NCBI GenBank assembly: GCA_041660305.1
Contig: JBAZWO010000001.1
Location: forward strand, 113,909-177,908
DNA length: 64,000 bases
Reading direction: 5' to 3'
Source of the DNA: Patescibacteria group bacterium
GTDB taxonomy: Bacteria; Patescibacteriota; Patescibacteriia; UBA9570
Shown: positions 16,471 to 26,279 of the stretch, piece after piece
Layout: each line of letters opens with the position of its first letter
Position numbering within the stretch: the first letter of the stretch is position 1
The notes under the pieces: generated by a model
What the model saw: only the letters and a program-made list of their open reading frames with translations
What the model was told of the DNA's origin: nothing
Databases searched by the model: none
Translations under genes and position numbers: made by a program

Positions 16471-17250
16471 CTATTTTTTACGAAAAGTCAAGTAAAAACC
16501 ACAAAGTACCGAAACAACCCCAATATACTGCGCCGCCGTTAAACCAAACCAGCGGCTATCTAGTATGCGATCAAAATCCAACATTACCCTGACTAATCCA
16601 TCCCAGATTAAAAACAGACCTACGAAAAACGGCGGTTTTGTTTTTGTAGAGACGCATTGCAATGCGTCTCTACAAAAATGTTTAATCAACGTGAACACCC
16701 CAAACAACCCGGCGCCGCTAATGGCCAAATATAATCCATGGTTATGCCGCACTAGCCCATCGCCGTAATACACTTCCCCTAGAAAAAAATTAGTAACACT
16801 GCCAGGATGATCGAATATAAAAAAGCAGCCTAAGCGGCCAATAGCTAAGCCAAGCGGCAATACAAACGCGGCCAAATCGGCATATGGCCAGAATGGTAAC
16901 TTTTTTTTACGTAAATAAATAACCGCGGTAATAATAGCCCCAAGAAATCCCCCACTAATAGACATGCCCCCATCCCAAATTTTAAATATTTCTACAAAGT
17001 TACTAGTAAAATATTGCCATTCAGTAATAACATAAAACAATCTAGAGCCGATAAACGCGGCTAACACTACCCAAAACGTTAAATCGATCATGGTTTCTCC
17101 GGATATTTTCCATTGCGCCGCTGAACGCTTGGCTACTAACGCGGCCGCTAAAATACCCAGTGCCACAAACAAGCCCCATACTTGAATATTGATGAGGCTA
17201 AGTGGAATTGTAGACCAGTGGAGATTGGGTAACATAGGGATAGACCTCAT
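16471..17250 (-). CDS. lgt: prolipoprotein diacylglyceryl transferase
   Basis: Polytopic membrane protein with GRLGCFFIFDHPG, an Lgt-like signature. The annotated ATG lies inside the repeat end, so the true start is probably MLPNLHW at about 17235. An in-frame palindrome insertion lies at 16646-16673. Confidence 0.7.
   Translation of the reverse strand: MRSIPMLPNLHWSTIPLSLINIQVWGLFVALGILAAALVAKRSAAQWKISGETMIDLTFWVVLAAFIGSRLFYVITEWQYFTSNFVEIFKIWDGGMSISGGFLGAIITAVIYLRKKKLPFWPYADLAAFVLPLGLAIGRLGCFFIFDHPGSVTNFFLGEVYYGDGLVRHNHGLYLAISGAGLFGVFTLIKHFCRDALQCVSTKTKPPFFVGLFLIWDGLVRVMLDFDRILDSRWFGLTAAQYIGVVSVLCGFYLTFRKK
16646..16673. repeat. family B perfect palindrome inserted in-frame in lgt
   Basis: GTAGAGACGCattgcaatGCGTCTCTAC encodes ...CRDALQCVS... 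within Lgt. Confidence 0.8.
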
Positions 17251-17350
17251 CCCCCTAACCCCCTTCTCCTGCAGGAGAAGGGGGAAAAATTAATTTAACC
17301 TCCCCCTCTTCCCTTTACAGGGGAAGAGGGGGCCGGGGGGTGATGAGGTC
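17244..17350. repeat. family A MITE-like element with terminal inverted repeats GACCTCATC/GATGAGGTC
   Basis: gacctcatcc...cccccttctcctgcaggagaaggggg...cccctcttccctttacaggggaagaggggg...gatgaggtc. Fills the lgt to dsbA-like intergenic gap exactly. Confidence 0.8.
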
Positions 17351-18124
17351 TTACGGATTAAGGTAAGTTTTTAATTCACTTTCCAAGTACTCATGATTCA
17401 CATAACCATTCACGGATTCCAGTTTGCCATCGTTATGCCAAATAATCAAAGCTGGCTGGCTGTGTAAATCTAGGCTAACGGCTTCAGTAGCATCTTTGCT
17501 AATTTGCTGTTCTGTGGCCGGTAACGCTAAACACTGTTGAAATTGTTCAATATTTAACTCTAACGATTTCGCCACTGTTAATTCCGTTTCCGTAGACAAA
17601 TTAATTTGAAACTCATATAACTGCTCCAGATATTCACGTAGCTTATTTTGTTTAGCCGCACATTCTGCCGCCATAGCCGCTAATTTTGCCTGCGGATGAA
17701 TTTGCTCTAACGGATAGTGTTTGATAATTAAGCGCACATTATTAGGATGATCATTAACAAACTGGTTCACTTCCGGAAAAAACTTTTTACAAAACCGGCA
17801 CTCTACATCTACATATTCTACGAGAGTGACTGTGTAATTTTCTTTGGCACCAAAAATATGTTGTTCGTCTGGCACTATTACACTAGCCTGACTAGCTGTA
17901 ACCGGAGCGGTAGCGTCTTTTAATAAACTCGGGGTAAAATCTAGCGGCATAGTAGTATAGGTACCAATATTACCACCGGATAACGCGTACATAAAAAACC
18001 CGGCGCCAATTAACGTCATAATCAAAATTCCCACAACCGTACCAATAATAAACGTGAGCCTGGCATTGGAATGCGCCGTAAATAAATGTGGATCGGGTAC
18101 TGACGCTGGCGTTGGCGTATTCAT
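17351..18124 (-). CDS. membrane-anchored thioredoxin-fold thiol:disulfide oxidoreductase (DsbA-like)
   Basis: N-terminal TM plus a CRFC active-site motif in YVDVECRFCKKF. Confidence 0.6.
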   Translation of the reverse strand: MNTPTPASVPDPHLFTAHSNARLTFIIGTVVGILIMTLIGAGFFMYALSGGNIGTYTTMPLDFTPSLLKDATAPVTASQASVIVPDEQHIFGAKENYTVTLVEYVDVECRFCKKFFPEVNQFVNDHPNNVRLIIKHYPLEQIHPQAKLAAMAAECAAKQNKLREYLEQLYEFQINLSTETELTVAKSLELNIEQFQQCLALPATEQQISKDATEAVSLDLHSQPALIIWHNDGKLESVNGYVNHEYLESELKTYLNP

Positions 18125-18165
18125 TAAGTTAATATATATGAAATTACGTAATAATTCAAATTCCT

Positions 18166-18310
18166 ACCTCACCTCCAACCTCCTCTCCTCTAAGGAGAGG
18201 AGGAGAAATTTATTAAATTTTATTTTATTCCCCCTCTCTCCTTAGAGGAGAGAGGGGGTAGGGGAAGTGAGGTAGGCTGTTTAGGGGAAGGGGGTTAGGG
18301 TGATGAGGTC
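18166..18310. repeat. family A repeat (long form)
   Basis: cctcctctcctctaaggagaggaggag ... ccccctctctccttagaggagagaggggg ... gatgaggtc. Confidence 0.8.
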
Positions 18311-19531
18311 TTATTTACACAGTTTCGGCCAATCCTGTTGATATTGGGCTAAAGCTTTACCTAAAATAACTACCGCTTCTTTAATAATGGCGCTATCAAT
18401 TACATAGCTTAACCGAATTTGATCTTTGCCTTTACCTGGCGTGCAATAAAAGCCATCAGCTGGCGATACACAAATAGTGGTGTTGTTGTAGCGGAAATCG
18501 GTTAATAACCATTTAGCAAAATGGCTGGAATCTTTAATGGGTAAACCAATAATAATGTAAAACGCGCCTTCTGGCTTACGTACAATTGCGCCAGGAATTT
18601 TTAACAACTCTTTATAAATTACATCGCGGCGTTGTTTGAACAACTTAATAGAAGGCTGATAATACTTTTTAGCATTTTCTAATAATTTCACTACCGCTAC
18701 TTGCTCAATAGTGGGTACCGATTCACGGGCTTGCGCTAGTTTTAATAGCTCCGTCATGAACTCTTGGTTATGGCTGGCAATCGCCCCAACGCGCGCACCA
18801 CATAAGTTAAAGCGCTTGGAAGTAGTGTCCGTAATAATTACTCGATCACGCACCGATTTGATTTTGCCCATGGATATAGCGGCTCGTTCGAAACCATATT
18901 CACGATACACTTCATCAGCGATAATCCATAAATTATTTTTCTTAGCAAATTGGGCTACGGTTTTTACTTCTTGTTCTGTAAACACCACACCGGTAGGATT
19001 AGATGGATTGCAGAACAAAATAGCTTTGGTTTTTTTAGTTACTTGCTTCTGCATCTCTTTAACCGGCGGTAAATGAAAGCCGTTTTTAATATCCAAGCTA
19101 ATCGGCACTAATTTGGCACCTAAAATATCTAACTGGTTAGCGTAATACGGATAATACGGTTCTAATATTAAAATTTCATCACCCGGATCCAGTAAAGCCG
19201 CTTGCGCTAAAAATAACGCCTCTACGCCGCCAAGCGTAACAATAATTTCCGGGGCGGTAAAATCCAAACCAATGCTCTTAAAATACACTGCCCAAGCTTT
19301 TTGCGTTTCCGCTCGGCCTTGCGATGGAGCATAGGCTACTACTTTCTCATTATATTTTCTTACTTCAGTAAAAAAATCAGGTGGCGTTGGAAAATCGGGT
19401 TGACCAATATTAAAATGATGCACTTTCACCCCTTTGGCTTTTTGTTCGTTGGCTAAATTCACTAACTTACGAATCGGCGAAGCTTTGGTTTTAAGCACGC
19501 GGTTAGAGAGTTGGAGTTTTTTTTGAGACAT
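18311..19531 (-). CDS. class I/II pyridoxal-phosphate aminotransferase
   Basis: TTSKRFNLCGARVG PLP-lysine region and overall aminotransferase-like layout. Confidence 0.65.
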   Translation of the reverse strand: MSQKKLQLSNRVLKTKASPIRKLVNLANEQKAKGVKVHHFNIGQPDFPTPPDFFTEVRKYNEKVVAYAPSQGRAETQKAWAVYFKSIGLDFTAPEIIVTLGGVEALFLAQAALLDPGDEILILEPYYPYYANQLDILGAKLVPISLDIKNGFHLPPVKEMQKQVTKKTKAILFCNPSNPTGVVFTEQEVKTVAQFAKKNNLWIIADEVYREYGFERAAISMGKIKSVRDRVIITDTTSKRFNLCGARVGAIASHNQEFMTELLKLAQARESVPTIEQVAVVKLLENAKKYYQPSIKLFKQRRDVIYKELLKIPGAIVRKPEGAFYIIIGLPIKDSSHFAKWLLTDFRYNNTTICVSPADGFYCTPGKGKDQIRLSYVIDSAIIKEAVVILGKALAQYQQDWPKLCK

Positions 19532-19569
19532 AATTTATGTTACTTGATTAATTATTTAAAATTAGAAGC

Positions 19570-19738
19570 CCCCTAAATCACCTTTCCCCAACCTACCTCA
19601 CCTCCCAGCCTCCTCTCCTCTCAGGAGAGGAGGAGAAATTTCTTAAATTGCATTTTATTCCCCCTCTCTCCTCAGAGGAGAGAGGGGGTAGGGGGAGTGA
19701 GGTAGGATGTTTAGAGGGGGTCGGGGGGTGATGAGGTC
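19570..19738. repeat. family A repeat (long form)
   Basis: Same nested palindromes as 18166-18310. Ends in gatgaggtc. Confidence 0.8.
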
Positions 19739-19764
19739 TTTCCCTTTTTATATCAAAAAAACCC

Positions 19765-21060
19765 TTATTTGACCAGGATCATAATCACATCACCAACATT
19801 CGTGCCGGTGGGGCCGGTAATAATATGACAACCTAATTTCTTTAAAACCGCATAAGAATCGTTATTGGTTAAATAATATTGTAGATTAATTTTTTTCGCT
19901 TTACTGCGTAACAATGTTTTATAATCAGCCAGTGCGCCGGCCACTGGTTTGGGAGTAAAACCGTCTACCCCATCGGTAGCCAGCGACATAATAGCAACAT
20001 TTTTAGTTAAGTGAGGCAGTGCCGCCAACACTAGTTCTTGATTGCGGCCGCCGCTTCCTTCTCCAGTAACCGTAACGGTTGTTTCGCCGCCGCTTAATAA
20101 TAATGCCGGTCGACGTACTGGTCGATTATATTTTTTTATTTCTTGCACAATAGCCATTAATACTTGGGTAACTTGGCGAGTTTCACCTTGCAACGTAGAC
20201 GTTAAAATATAAGGATGTAATTTTAATTGTTTAGCAACATTAGCCGCCGCTACTAATGCCTGTTGGTTACTGCCGATTATAATATTATGTACATTATTTA
20301 ATAACTGTTTAGGAGTTTCATGCTGATGTAATAAACGCTGCCAATGAACCGTGCATAGATTATAATGTTTTAACACAGCAATAGCTTCATCAGACGTAGA
20401 CATGTCCACTGCCGTTGGACTTGAGGCAATAACATCTAATTGATCGCCAATAACATCAGAAATTATCAAACTAATAACAGTAGCTGGTTTAGCGGCTAAT
20501 GCTAATTGGCCACCTTTGATGGCTGACAAATGCTTGCGTACCACATTTAATTCAGTGATATTCGCGCCAGCTAACATAAGTTGCTGGGTAAGAATAATTT
20601 TGTCATTTAACGATACTTTCGCAATTGGTAATGGCAATAAACTGGAACAACCGCCACTAATTAAACAAATCACCAGATCATCTTTAGTGGCTTGCTTAAC
20701 TAATTGCATAACCAAACGTGCCCCGCGTTCTCCGGCCGCATTAGGCAAAGGATGCGACGCTTTATTAACAATAATATTACCAATGGTTTTGGTATGAGCC
20801 AACGGCACATTAATATAGCCAGCGGTAATACGCTTGCCTAATAAGTGATTAATTTGCTTGGCCATGCCATAAGTGGCCTTGCCGGCACCGACTACGTAAA
20901 TATTTTTAAACTGCCGTAAATTATAACGCTGTTTGTTAATCACTAAAACACCACCTCGTAATTGTACGGCTTTAGCTAATAATTTTTCCGGCTGTAAAGC
21001 TTGTAAAACTGTTTTGGCGAGAATTTGTAAGATTTTTTTTGATTCCATAATTTTACGCAT
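19765..21060 (-). CDS. glycerate kinase (MOFRL family, GckA/TtuD-like)
   Basis: VVGAGKATYGMA N-terminal motif and LLSGGETTVTVTGEGSGGRNQELVLAAL, the MOFRL signature. Confidence 0.75.
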   Translation of the reverse strand: MRKIMESKKILQILAKTVLQALQPEKLLAKAVQLRGGVLVINKQRYNLRQFKNIYVVGAGKATYGMAKQINHLLGKRITAGYINVPLAHTKTIGNIIVNKASHPLPNAAGERGARLVMQLVKQATKDDLVICLISGGCSSLLPLPIAKVSLNDKIILTQQLMLAGANITELNVVRKHLSAIKGGQLALAAKPATVISLIISDVIGDQLDVIASSPTAVDMSTSDEAIAVLKHYNLCTVHWQRLLHQHETPKQLLNNVHNIIIGSNQQALVAAANVAKQLKLHPYILTSTLQGETRQVTQVLMAIVQEIKKYNRPVRRPALLLSGGETTVTVTGEGSGGRNQELVLAALPHLTKNVAIMSLATDGVDGFTPKPVAGALADYKTLLRSKAKKINLQYYLTNNDSYAVLKKLGCHIITGPTGTNVGDVIMILVK

Positions 21061-21228
21061 AGACCTCTATCCCCAACCCTTTCCCAACCTACCTCACCTC
21101 CCGGCCTCCTCTCCTCTAAGGAGAGGAGGAGAAATTTATTAAATTTTATTTTATTCCCCCTCTCTCCTCTGAGGAGAGAGGGGGTAGGGGGAGTGAGGTA
21201 GGCTGTTTAGGGGGCTGGGGGGCTTAGA
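21061..21228. repeat. family A repeat (long form)
   Basis: agacctctatcccc ... same palindromes as other long copies. Confidence 0.8.
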
Positions 21229-22201
21229 TTTTATTCACCGGGCTAATTAACGGCTTGCCTTGAATAAACGCCACGATATTTTTAGCGGCTAACATGGCCA
21301 TAGCCGTGCGCGTAGTATAAGTAGCCGAACCAATGTGCGGTAACAACACGGTATTCTGCAAAGTTTTTAAACCGGCCGCCATTAACGGTTCTTTTTCATA
21401 AACATCCAAACCTGCTCCGGCAATGGTTTTATTTTTTAAAGCTGATACTAAAGCCTGCTCATCAATCACCGGTCCGCGTGAAGTATTCACCAAACAAGCG
21501 GTTGGCTTCATTATAGCTAATTCTTTTTTGCCGATTAAATGGTGAGTTTGCGGCGTTAACGGCACGTGCAGACTAACAAAATCGGCTTGCTTGAATAATT
21601 GTTTTAAGGTAACTGATTTGGCTTGTAAAGATTTATCCACCTCGGTAACCGCTCGATCATTATAATAAATAATATTCATGTTAAAACCATATTTGGCAAT
21701 TTCAGCTACCCGTTTACCGATTCTGCCCATGCCTACAATGCCTAGTGTTTTGCCGTTAATATCATAACCCATATACAGCATTGGCCCCCAACCTGGGTAC
21801 TTACCGGTACGCATAATAGCATCGGTTTCTACAATTCTTCTGGCCACTGCTAAAATTAAGGTAAAGGTTAATTCCGCTGTGGCAGTGGTAAGTACACCGG
21901 GCGTGTTGGTAACCGGCACCCGCTGAGCCGTACAAGCACCAATATCAATATTGTTAAAACCGGCACCGTAATTGGCAATTAATTTTAATTGTGGGTTCGC
22001 TTGTAAAAAGGCTTCGTCAATTTTATCAGTCAGAATTGGTAATAAAATATCGGCCTTTTTAGCACCGGCCAATAATTCTTTACGAGAAATAGCGCTGTTG
22101 GTTTTACGTAAAATAACCGTGGCATAACGTTTAATTAAATCGATGCCAGGCTGTGGAATGGGCCGCGTAATAAATACTACCGGTTTTTTTAATTGGTTCA
22201 T
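21224..22201 (-). CDS. D-isomer-specific 2-hydroxyacid dehydrogenase (glyoxylate/hydroxypyruvate reductase-like)
   Basis: GIVGMGRIGKRVAE NAD-binding fold and a catalytic His region (LLPHIGSAT). Confidence 0.75.
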   Translation of the reverse strand: MNQLKKPVVFITRPIPQPGIDLIKRYATVILRKTNSAISRKELLAGAKKADILLPILTDKIDEAFLQANPQLKLIANYGAGFNNIDIGACTAQRVPVTNTPGVLTTATAELTFTLILAVARRIVETDAIMRTGKYPGWGPMLYMGYDINGKTLGIVGMGRIGKRVAEIAKYGFNMNIIYYNDRAVTEVDKSLQAKSVTLKQLFKQADFVSLHVPLTPQTHHLIGKKELAIMKPTACLVNTSRGPVIDEQALVSALKNKTIAGAGLDVYEKEPLMAAGLKTLQNTVLLPHIGSATYTTRTAMAMLAAKNIVAFIQGKPLISPVNKI

Positions 22202-22983
22202 AAATGATTAATTAACTTAATTATTGAATGATGTAATTTGGGATTAGCTACCACAATTTGCTGATTATTGGTTGGCCAATGCCAAGGTTGATTAGTTAAT
22301 GTTGTAATTTTTCCACCCGCTTCCGTTACTAACAACGCGCCGGCCGCGATATCCCACGGATACGCTCCACCTAATATCCAAGCATCAATTCTGCCACAAG
22401 CTACGGCTGATAACACCTGTGCCGCTGAACCATAGGCTTTGTAATAAGTAGTATGCAAAGCCACTTTTTTACGTAACTCGGCAAAATACGCCTGATCGCT
22501 ACGTTGAGGAATATTGCTAATCGACACAATCATGTTATCTAGATTATGTTGCTTACTAACCTGAATGCGTTTTTTATTACAATAACTGCCCTGTTTGTAT
22601 TTGGCGTAAAAAAATTCATCGTGAATAGGGTCATAAATAGCGCCATGCAACACCTGGTTACCTTTAGCTAACGTTATAATAATACCAAATAACGGGATAT
22701 GCTTGGCAAAATTATTGGTACCATCAATGGGATCAACAATCCAAGTATAATCACTTTTTTTATCAAGTAGCCCGGCTTCTTCGCTTAAAATATTGTGTTG
22801 GGGATACTTTTGTTGAATGGCTTTTAATATAATCCGCTCACATTCGTAATCGGCTTCCGTAACAATATCGTGAATGCCGGTTTTAATTTTACCAGTAGTA
22901 ACCACGCCAAAATTACACTTAGCACTTTTGCCAGCGGCACGAATAGTAGTTTCGATAAATCGATCAATGGCTGTTATGCGCAT
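22198..22983 (-). CDS. inositol monophosphatase / FBPase family protein
   Basis: WIVDPIDGT metal-binding motif and ILSEE. Confidence 0.75.
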   Translation of the reverse strand: MRITAIDRFIETTIRAAGKSAKCNFGVVTTGKIKTGIHDIVTEADYECERIILKAIQQKYPQHNILSEEAGLLDKKSDYTWIVDPIDGTNNFAKHIPLFGIIITLAKGNQVLHGAIYDPIHDEFFYAKYKQGSYCNKKRIQVSKQHNLDNMIVSISNIPQRSDQAYFAELRKKVALHTTYYKAYGSAAQVLSAVACGRIDAWILGGAYPWDIAAGALLVTEAGGKITTLTNQPWHWPTNNQQIVVANPKLHHSIIKLINHL

Positions 22984-22984
22984 G

Positions 22985-23977
22985 TTAAGCTAGTTTACGT
23001 TGCTGAACTTTTTTAATGGCGGCAATAATATCAGTAGCCGTTAAATGAAACTTGGCAAATAATTCTGGAGCACTGCCAGATTCACCGTAATGATCTTGTA
23101 TACCAATAAACTCTATTGGCGCCGGATAATGTTTGGCTAGAGTTTCTGCCACGGCTCCACCTAAACCGCCAATTACCGTAGCTTCTTCAGCCGTTACTAC
23201 CGCGCCGGTTTTCTTTACGGAATTTACGATAGTTTCCACGTCTAACGGTTTAATAGTGGTAGAATCGATCACTTCCACGCTAATTTGTCCTTCTAATTGT
23301 TTGGCCGCTAACAAAGCTTCATAAACCATTGGCCCACACGCTACTACCGTTACATCACTGCCTTCATAAAACACTTCCGCTTTGCCAATTTGGAACGGCG
23401 TTTCTTCGGTGGTAAAAACCGGATAATTATCTCTACCAAACCGAATATACGCTAAGCTTGGCACGTTGTGCGCCGCCATAGTGGCTTGCTTGGCTCGAAT
23501 TGCATCACACGGCGCTAATACTACTCCACCGGCAATCGTGCGCATAGTGGCAATATCTTCTACGGCTTGATGAGTGGCACCATCAGGCCCCACTGATACA
23601 CCGGCATGAGCGCCACCAACAATACCGTGCAGAGCACTGTAGCCAAAATTGGTACGAATTTGTTCCCAACAGCGGCCTGGCGAAAACGCCGCATACGAAA
23701 CCATATAAGGTATTTTTCCAGCGGCGGCTAAACCAGCCCCGACCGTAATTAAATTTTGTTCCGCTACGCCAACTTGAATGTAACGCTTAGGAAATTCTTT
23801 TTGAAACCAATGACATCGCGTAGATTCGCTTAAATCGGCACACAATACTACCACGCGTTCATCTTTTTTTCCTAATTCTACCAACGCTTTGCCCCAACCA
23901 TCACGGGTGCCGGCCATGGTTAAATTTTTGGTATCAAATAAATTGTTAACTAATTTTGCAGATTGTGATAATGGCAT
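22985..23977 (-). CDS. transketolase, C-terminal (pyrimidine-binding) subunit
   Basis: Split transketolase. Pyr-binding and C-terminal domains with a high Gly/Ala beta-alpha pattern. Follows the N-terminal subunit gene. Confidence 0.75.
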   Translation of the reverse strand: MPLSQSAKLVNNLFDTKNLTMAGTRDGWGKALVELGKKDERVVVLCADLSESTRCHWFQKEFPKRYIQVGVAEQNLITVGAGLAAAGKIPYMVSYAAFSPGRCWEQIRTNFGYSALHGIVGGAHAGVSVGPDGATHQAVEDIATMRTIAGGVVLAPCDAIRAKQATMAAHNVPSLAYIRFGRDNYPVFTTEETPFQIGKAEVFYEGSDVTVVACGPMVYEALLAAKQLEGQISVEVIDSTTIKPLDVETIVNSVKKTGAVVTAEEATVIGGLGGAVAETLAKHYPAPIEFIGIQDHYGESGSAPELFAKFHLTATDIIAAIKKVQQRKLA

Positions 23978-24000
23978 TGCAATATATATTAATGTTTAAG

Positions 24001-24156
24001 CCCCCTTTCCCAACCTACCTCACCTCCCGGCCTCCTCTCCTCTAAGGAGAGGAGGAGAAATTTATTAAATTGCATTTTATTCCCCCTCTCTCCTCAGAGG
24101 AGAGAGGGGGTAGGGGGAGTGAGGTAGGATGTTTAGTGAGTCGGGGGTGATGAGGT
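24001..24156. repeat. family A repeat (long form)
   Basis: Same nested palindromes. Ends in gatgaggtc. Confidence 0.8.
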
Positions 24157-24160
24157 CGAT

Positions 24161-25009
24161 CTATTCTCGTTCAATTTGTTTTTTTAATGTTTCTATTTCC
24201 TCAACCGCCTTGGCTAATTGCTCCTGCGTAGGCGGCTTGCCATGCCAAGTATAATCATCAGCCATAAAACTAACGCCATAGCCTGGAATAACATTGGCAA
24301 TAATTAGTGTTGGCCGATTATGAATGTGTTTGGCTTCCGTCATGGCCCAGACAATTTGTTCCATATTATGGCCATCTATTTCCATTACATTCCAATTAAA
24401 CGAACGATATTTATCACCTAACGGATCCAGCGGCATTACATCTTCCGTAGAGCCTTCAATTTGAATATAATTGCGATCAATAATTACGGTTAAATTATCT
24501 AGCTTTTTGGCGGCCGCAAACATTACCCCTTCCCAAATATTACCTTCTTGTTGTTCACCATCACTACCTACACACCACACGTGTTGCTTGGTGCCGTCCA
24601 TTTTAAACGCATAGGCCATACCGGCCGCTTGCGATAATCCAGAACCTAGTGGACCACTGGTGGTTTCTAAGCCAGGCAGTTCAGTGCGATGTGGATGACC
24701 TTGTAAACGAGTACCTAATTTACGCAAAGTAAGTAGTTCTTCCCGTGGAAAAAAACCCGCTTGCGCCATAGCCGCATATAATACCGGGCAAACGTGGCCA
24801 TGTGATAACACAATCCGATCCCGTTCCGGCCAGTCTGGCCGCTGTGGATCGATATTAGCTACATTTAAATATAAAGCCGCAAACACATCGGCAATCCCTA
24901 ATGGGCCAGCCGAATGGCCAGATTTAGCCGCCGTTAACGCCTGCAACACATCGATACGAATATCCATGGCCTGTAGACGCAATTGTTTGATACTGGTTGT
25001 TTTCGTCAT
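24161..25009 (-). CDS. transketolase, N-terminal (TPP-binding) subunit
   Basis: GHSAGPLGIADV and GSDGEQQEGNIWE TPP-binding motifs. Confidence 0.75.
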   Translation of the reverse strand: MTKTTSIKQLRLQAMDIRIDVLQALTAAKSGHSAGPLGIADVFAALYLNVANIDPQRPDWPERDRIVLSHGHVCPVLYAAMAQAGFFPREELLTLRKLGTRLQGHPHRTELPGLETTSGPLGSGLSQAAGMAYAFKMDGTKQHVWCVGSDGEQQEGNIWEGVMFAAAKKLDNLTVIIDRNYIQIEGSTEDVMPLDPLGDKYRSFNWNVMEIDGHNMEQIVWAMTEAKHIHNRPTLIIANVIPGYGVSFMADDYTWHGKPPTQEQLAKAVEEIETLKKQIERE

Positions 25010-25653
25010 GAGGAAATTGTTCTTAAATTATTAATACTGTCTTCAATGTTAGAAGATTTAAAAATGAAACTATTGGCGCACAATACATCCGCTCCCGCTT
25101 TAATAATACTATCTTTCGTGGCGCTATTTACTCCACCATCCACCATAATTAATAAATCAGAACGTAATGAGCGCAGATAACTAATTTTTTGTAACACATC
25201 CGCATTAAACGCCTGGGTAGAATAACCCGGCTCCACTCCCATTACTAATACCGCGTCTAAATCGTTAATAACATCAGCTAGCGTATATGTAGCTGTGTGC
25301 GGATTAATCGCTATACCAGCTTTTTTGCCTAACTGCTTAATAAGCCGAATTTCTTCTACCAAATTACTACTCGCTTCCGCGTGAATAATCATTAACTCCA
25401 CGGCTGGTAGAGCCCATTTTTTTAAATACAAAACAGGGTTTTTTATCATTAAATGTAATGATATTTTTACAGCACCCCAATTAATGGTTGCTAACAAATC
25501 TGGATCGTTCACTGTTGTATTAGAGACAAATTCACCATCCATAATATCTAAATGCACCATAGAGCAAAATGGTTTTACTAAAGCTAGCTTGCGCTGGATT
25601 TCACTGGCTTCTTGCTCCAAAATAGCCGGATAAACTTGAATAGTGTTAGACAT
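25006..25653 (-). CDS. rpe: ribulose-phosphate 3-epimerase
   Basis: HLDIMDG motif. TIM-barrel length. Confidence 0.75.
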   Translation of the reverse strand: MSNTIQVYPAILEQEASEIQRKLALVKPFCSMVHLDIMDGEFVSNTTVNDPDLLATINWGAVKISLHLMIKNPVLYLKKWALPAVELMIIHAEASSNLVEEIRLIKQLGKKAGIAINPHTATYTLADVINDLDAVLVMGVEPGYSTQAFNADVLQKISYLRSLRSDLLIMVDGGVNSATKDSIIKAGADVLCANSFIFKSSNIEDSINNLRTISS

Positions 25654-25656
25654 AAT

Positions 25657-26103
25657 TTAAACTTGCTCTTTTAATGAAATTTTATCTAATCGACGCTGAT
25701 GCCGAACCTCACCAGAAAATGCTGTAGTTAACCATTGTTGAATCATGGTTTTGGCGGTAGCTTCATCTAACCAATCGCCCGATAAGCCTAATACATTAGC
25801 ATTATTATGTAAGCGTGAATGAACGGCGGCTTCTACATTAGCCGGTGCCACGGCGCGCACTCCTGTTATTTTATTCGCCGCAATAATTACGCCCGCGGCG
25901 GATCGACACGCTAAAATACCCTTGTGTTCAGTAGGATTATTAGCCACTGCTTCGGCTACCGCAAACGCAAAATCCGGATAATCATCCTCTGGATTAAGCT
26001 GAAATGCCCCCTTGTCTGCATAGGCTATGCCGGCATCCTTTAGCCATTGTTTAATTTTCTCTTTTAAGTGAAAACCACCGTGATCGGCTCCTAAATACAC
26101 CAT
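25657..26103 (-). CDS. rpiB: ribose-5-phosphate isomerase B
   Basis: MVYLGADHGG ... ILACRSAAGV RpiB/LacAB signature. Confidence 0.75.
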   Translation of the reverse strand: MVYLGADHGGFHLKEKIKQWLKDAGIAYADKGAFQLNPEDDYPDFAFAVAEAVANNPTEHKGILACRSAAGVIIAANKITGVRAVAPANVEAAVHSRLHNNANVLGLSGDWLDEATAKTMIQQWLTTAFSGEVRHQRRLDKISLKEQV

Positions 26104-26142
26104 AGTTAAATTATTATAGCACGTTTTAAAGCATGAGCAATA

Positions 26143-26215
26143 CAGACCTCATCCCCCTAGCCCCCTTCTCCTAACAACCTACCTCATCCCCAGCCCTTCT
26201 CCTCTCAGGAGAAGG
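26143..26215. repeat. family A repeat (short form)
   Basis: gacctcatccccctagcccccttctcct ... ctcaggagaaggg. Confidence 0.7.
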
Positions 26216-26279
26216 GAGTTATACTACTATTATTGAGCGCTCACATTTTTTTAATTGAGCGTTTTTATATTTATTTTTT

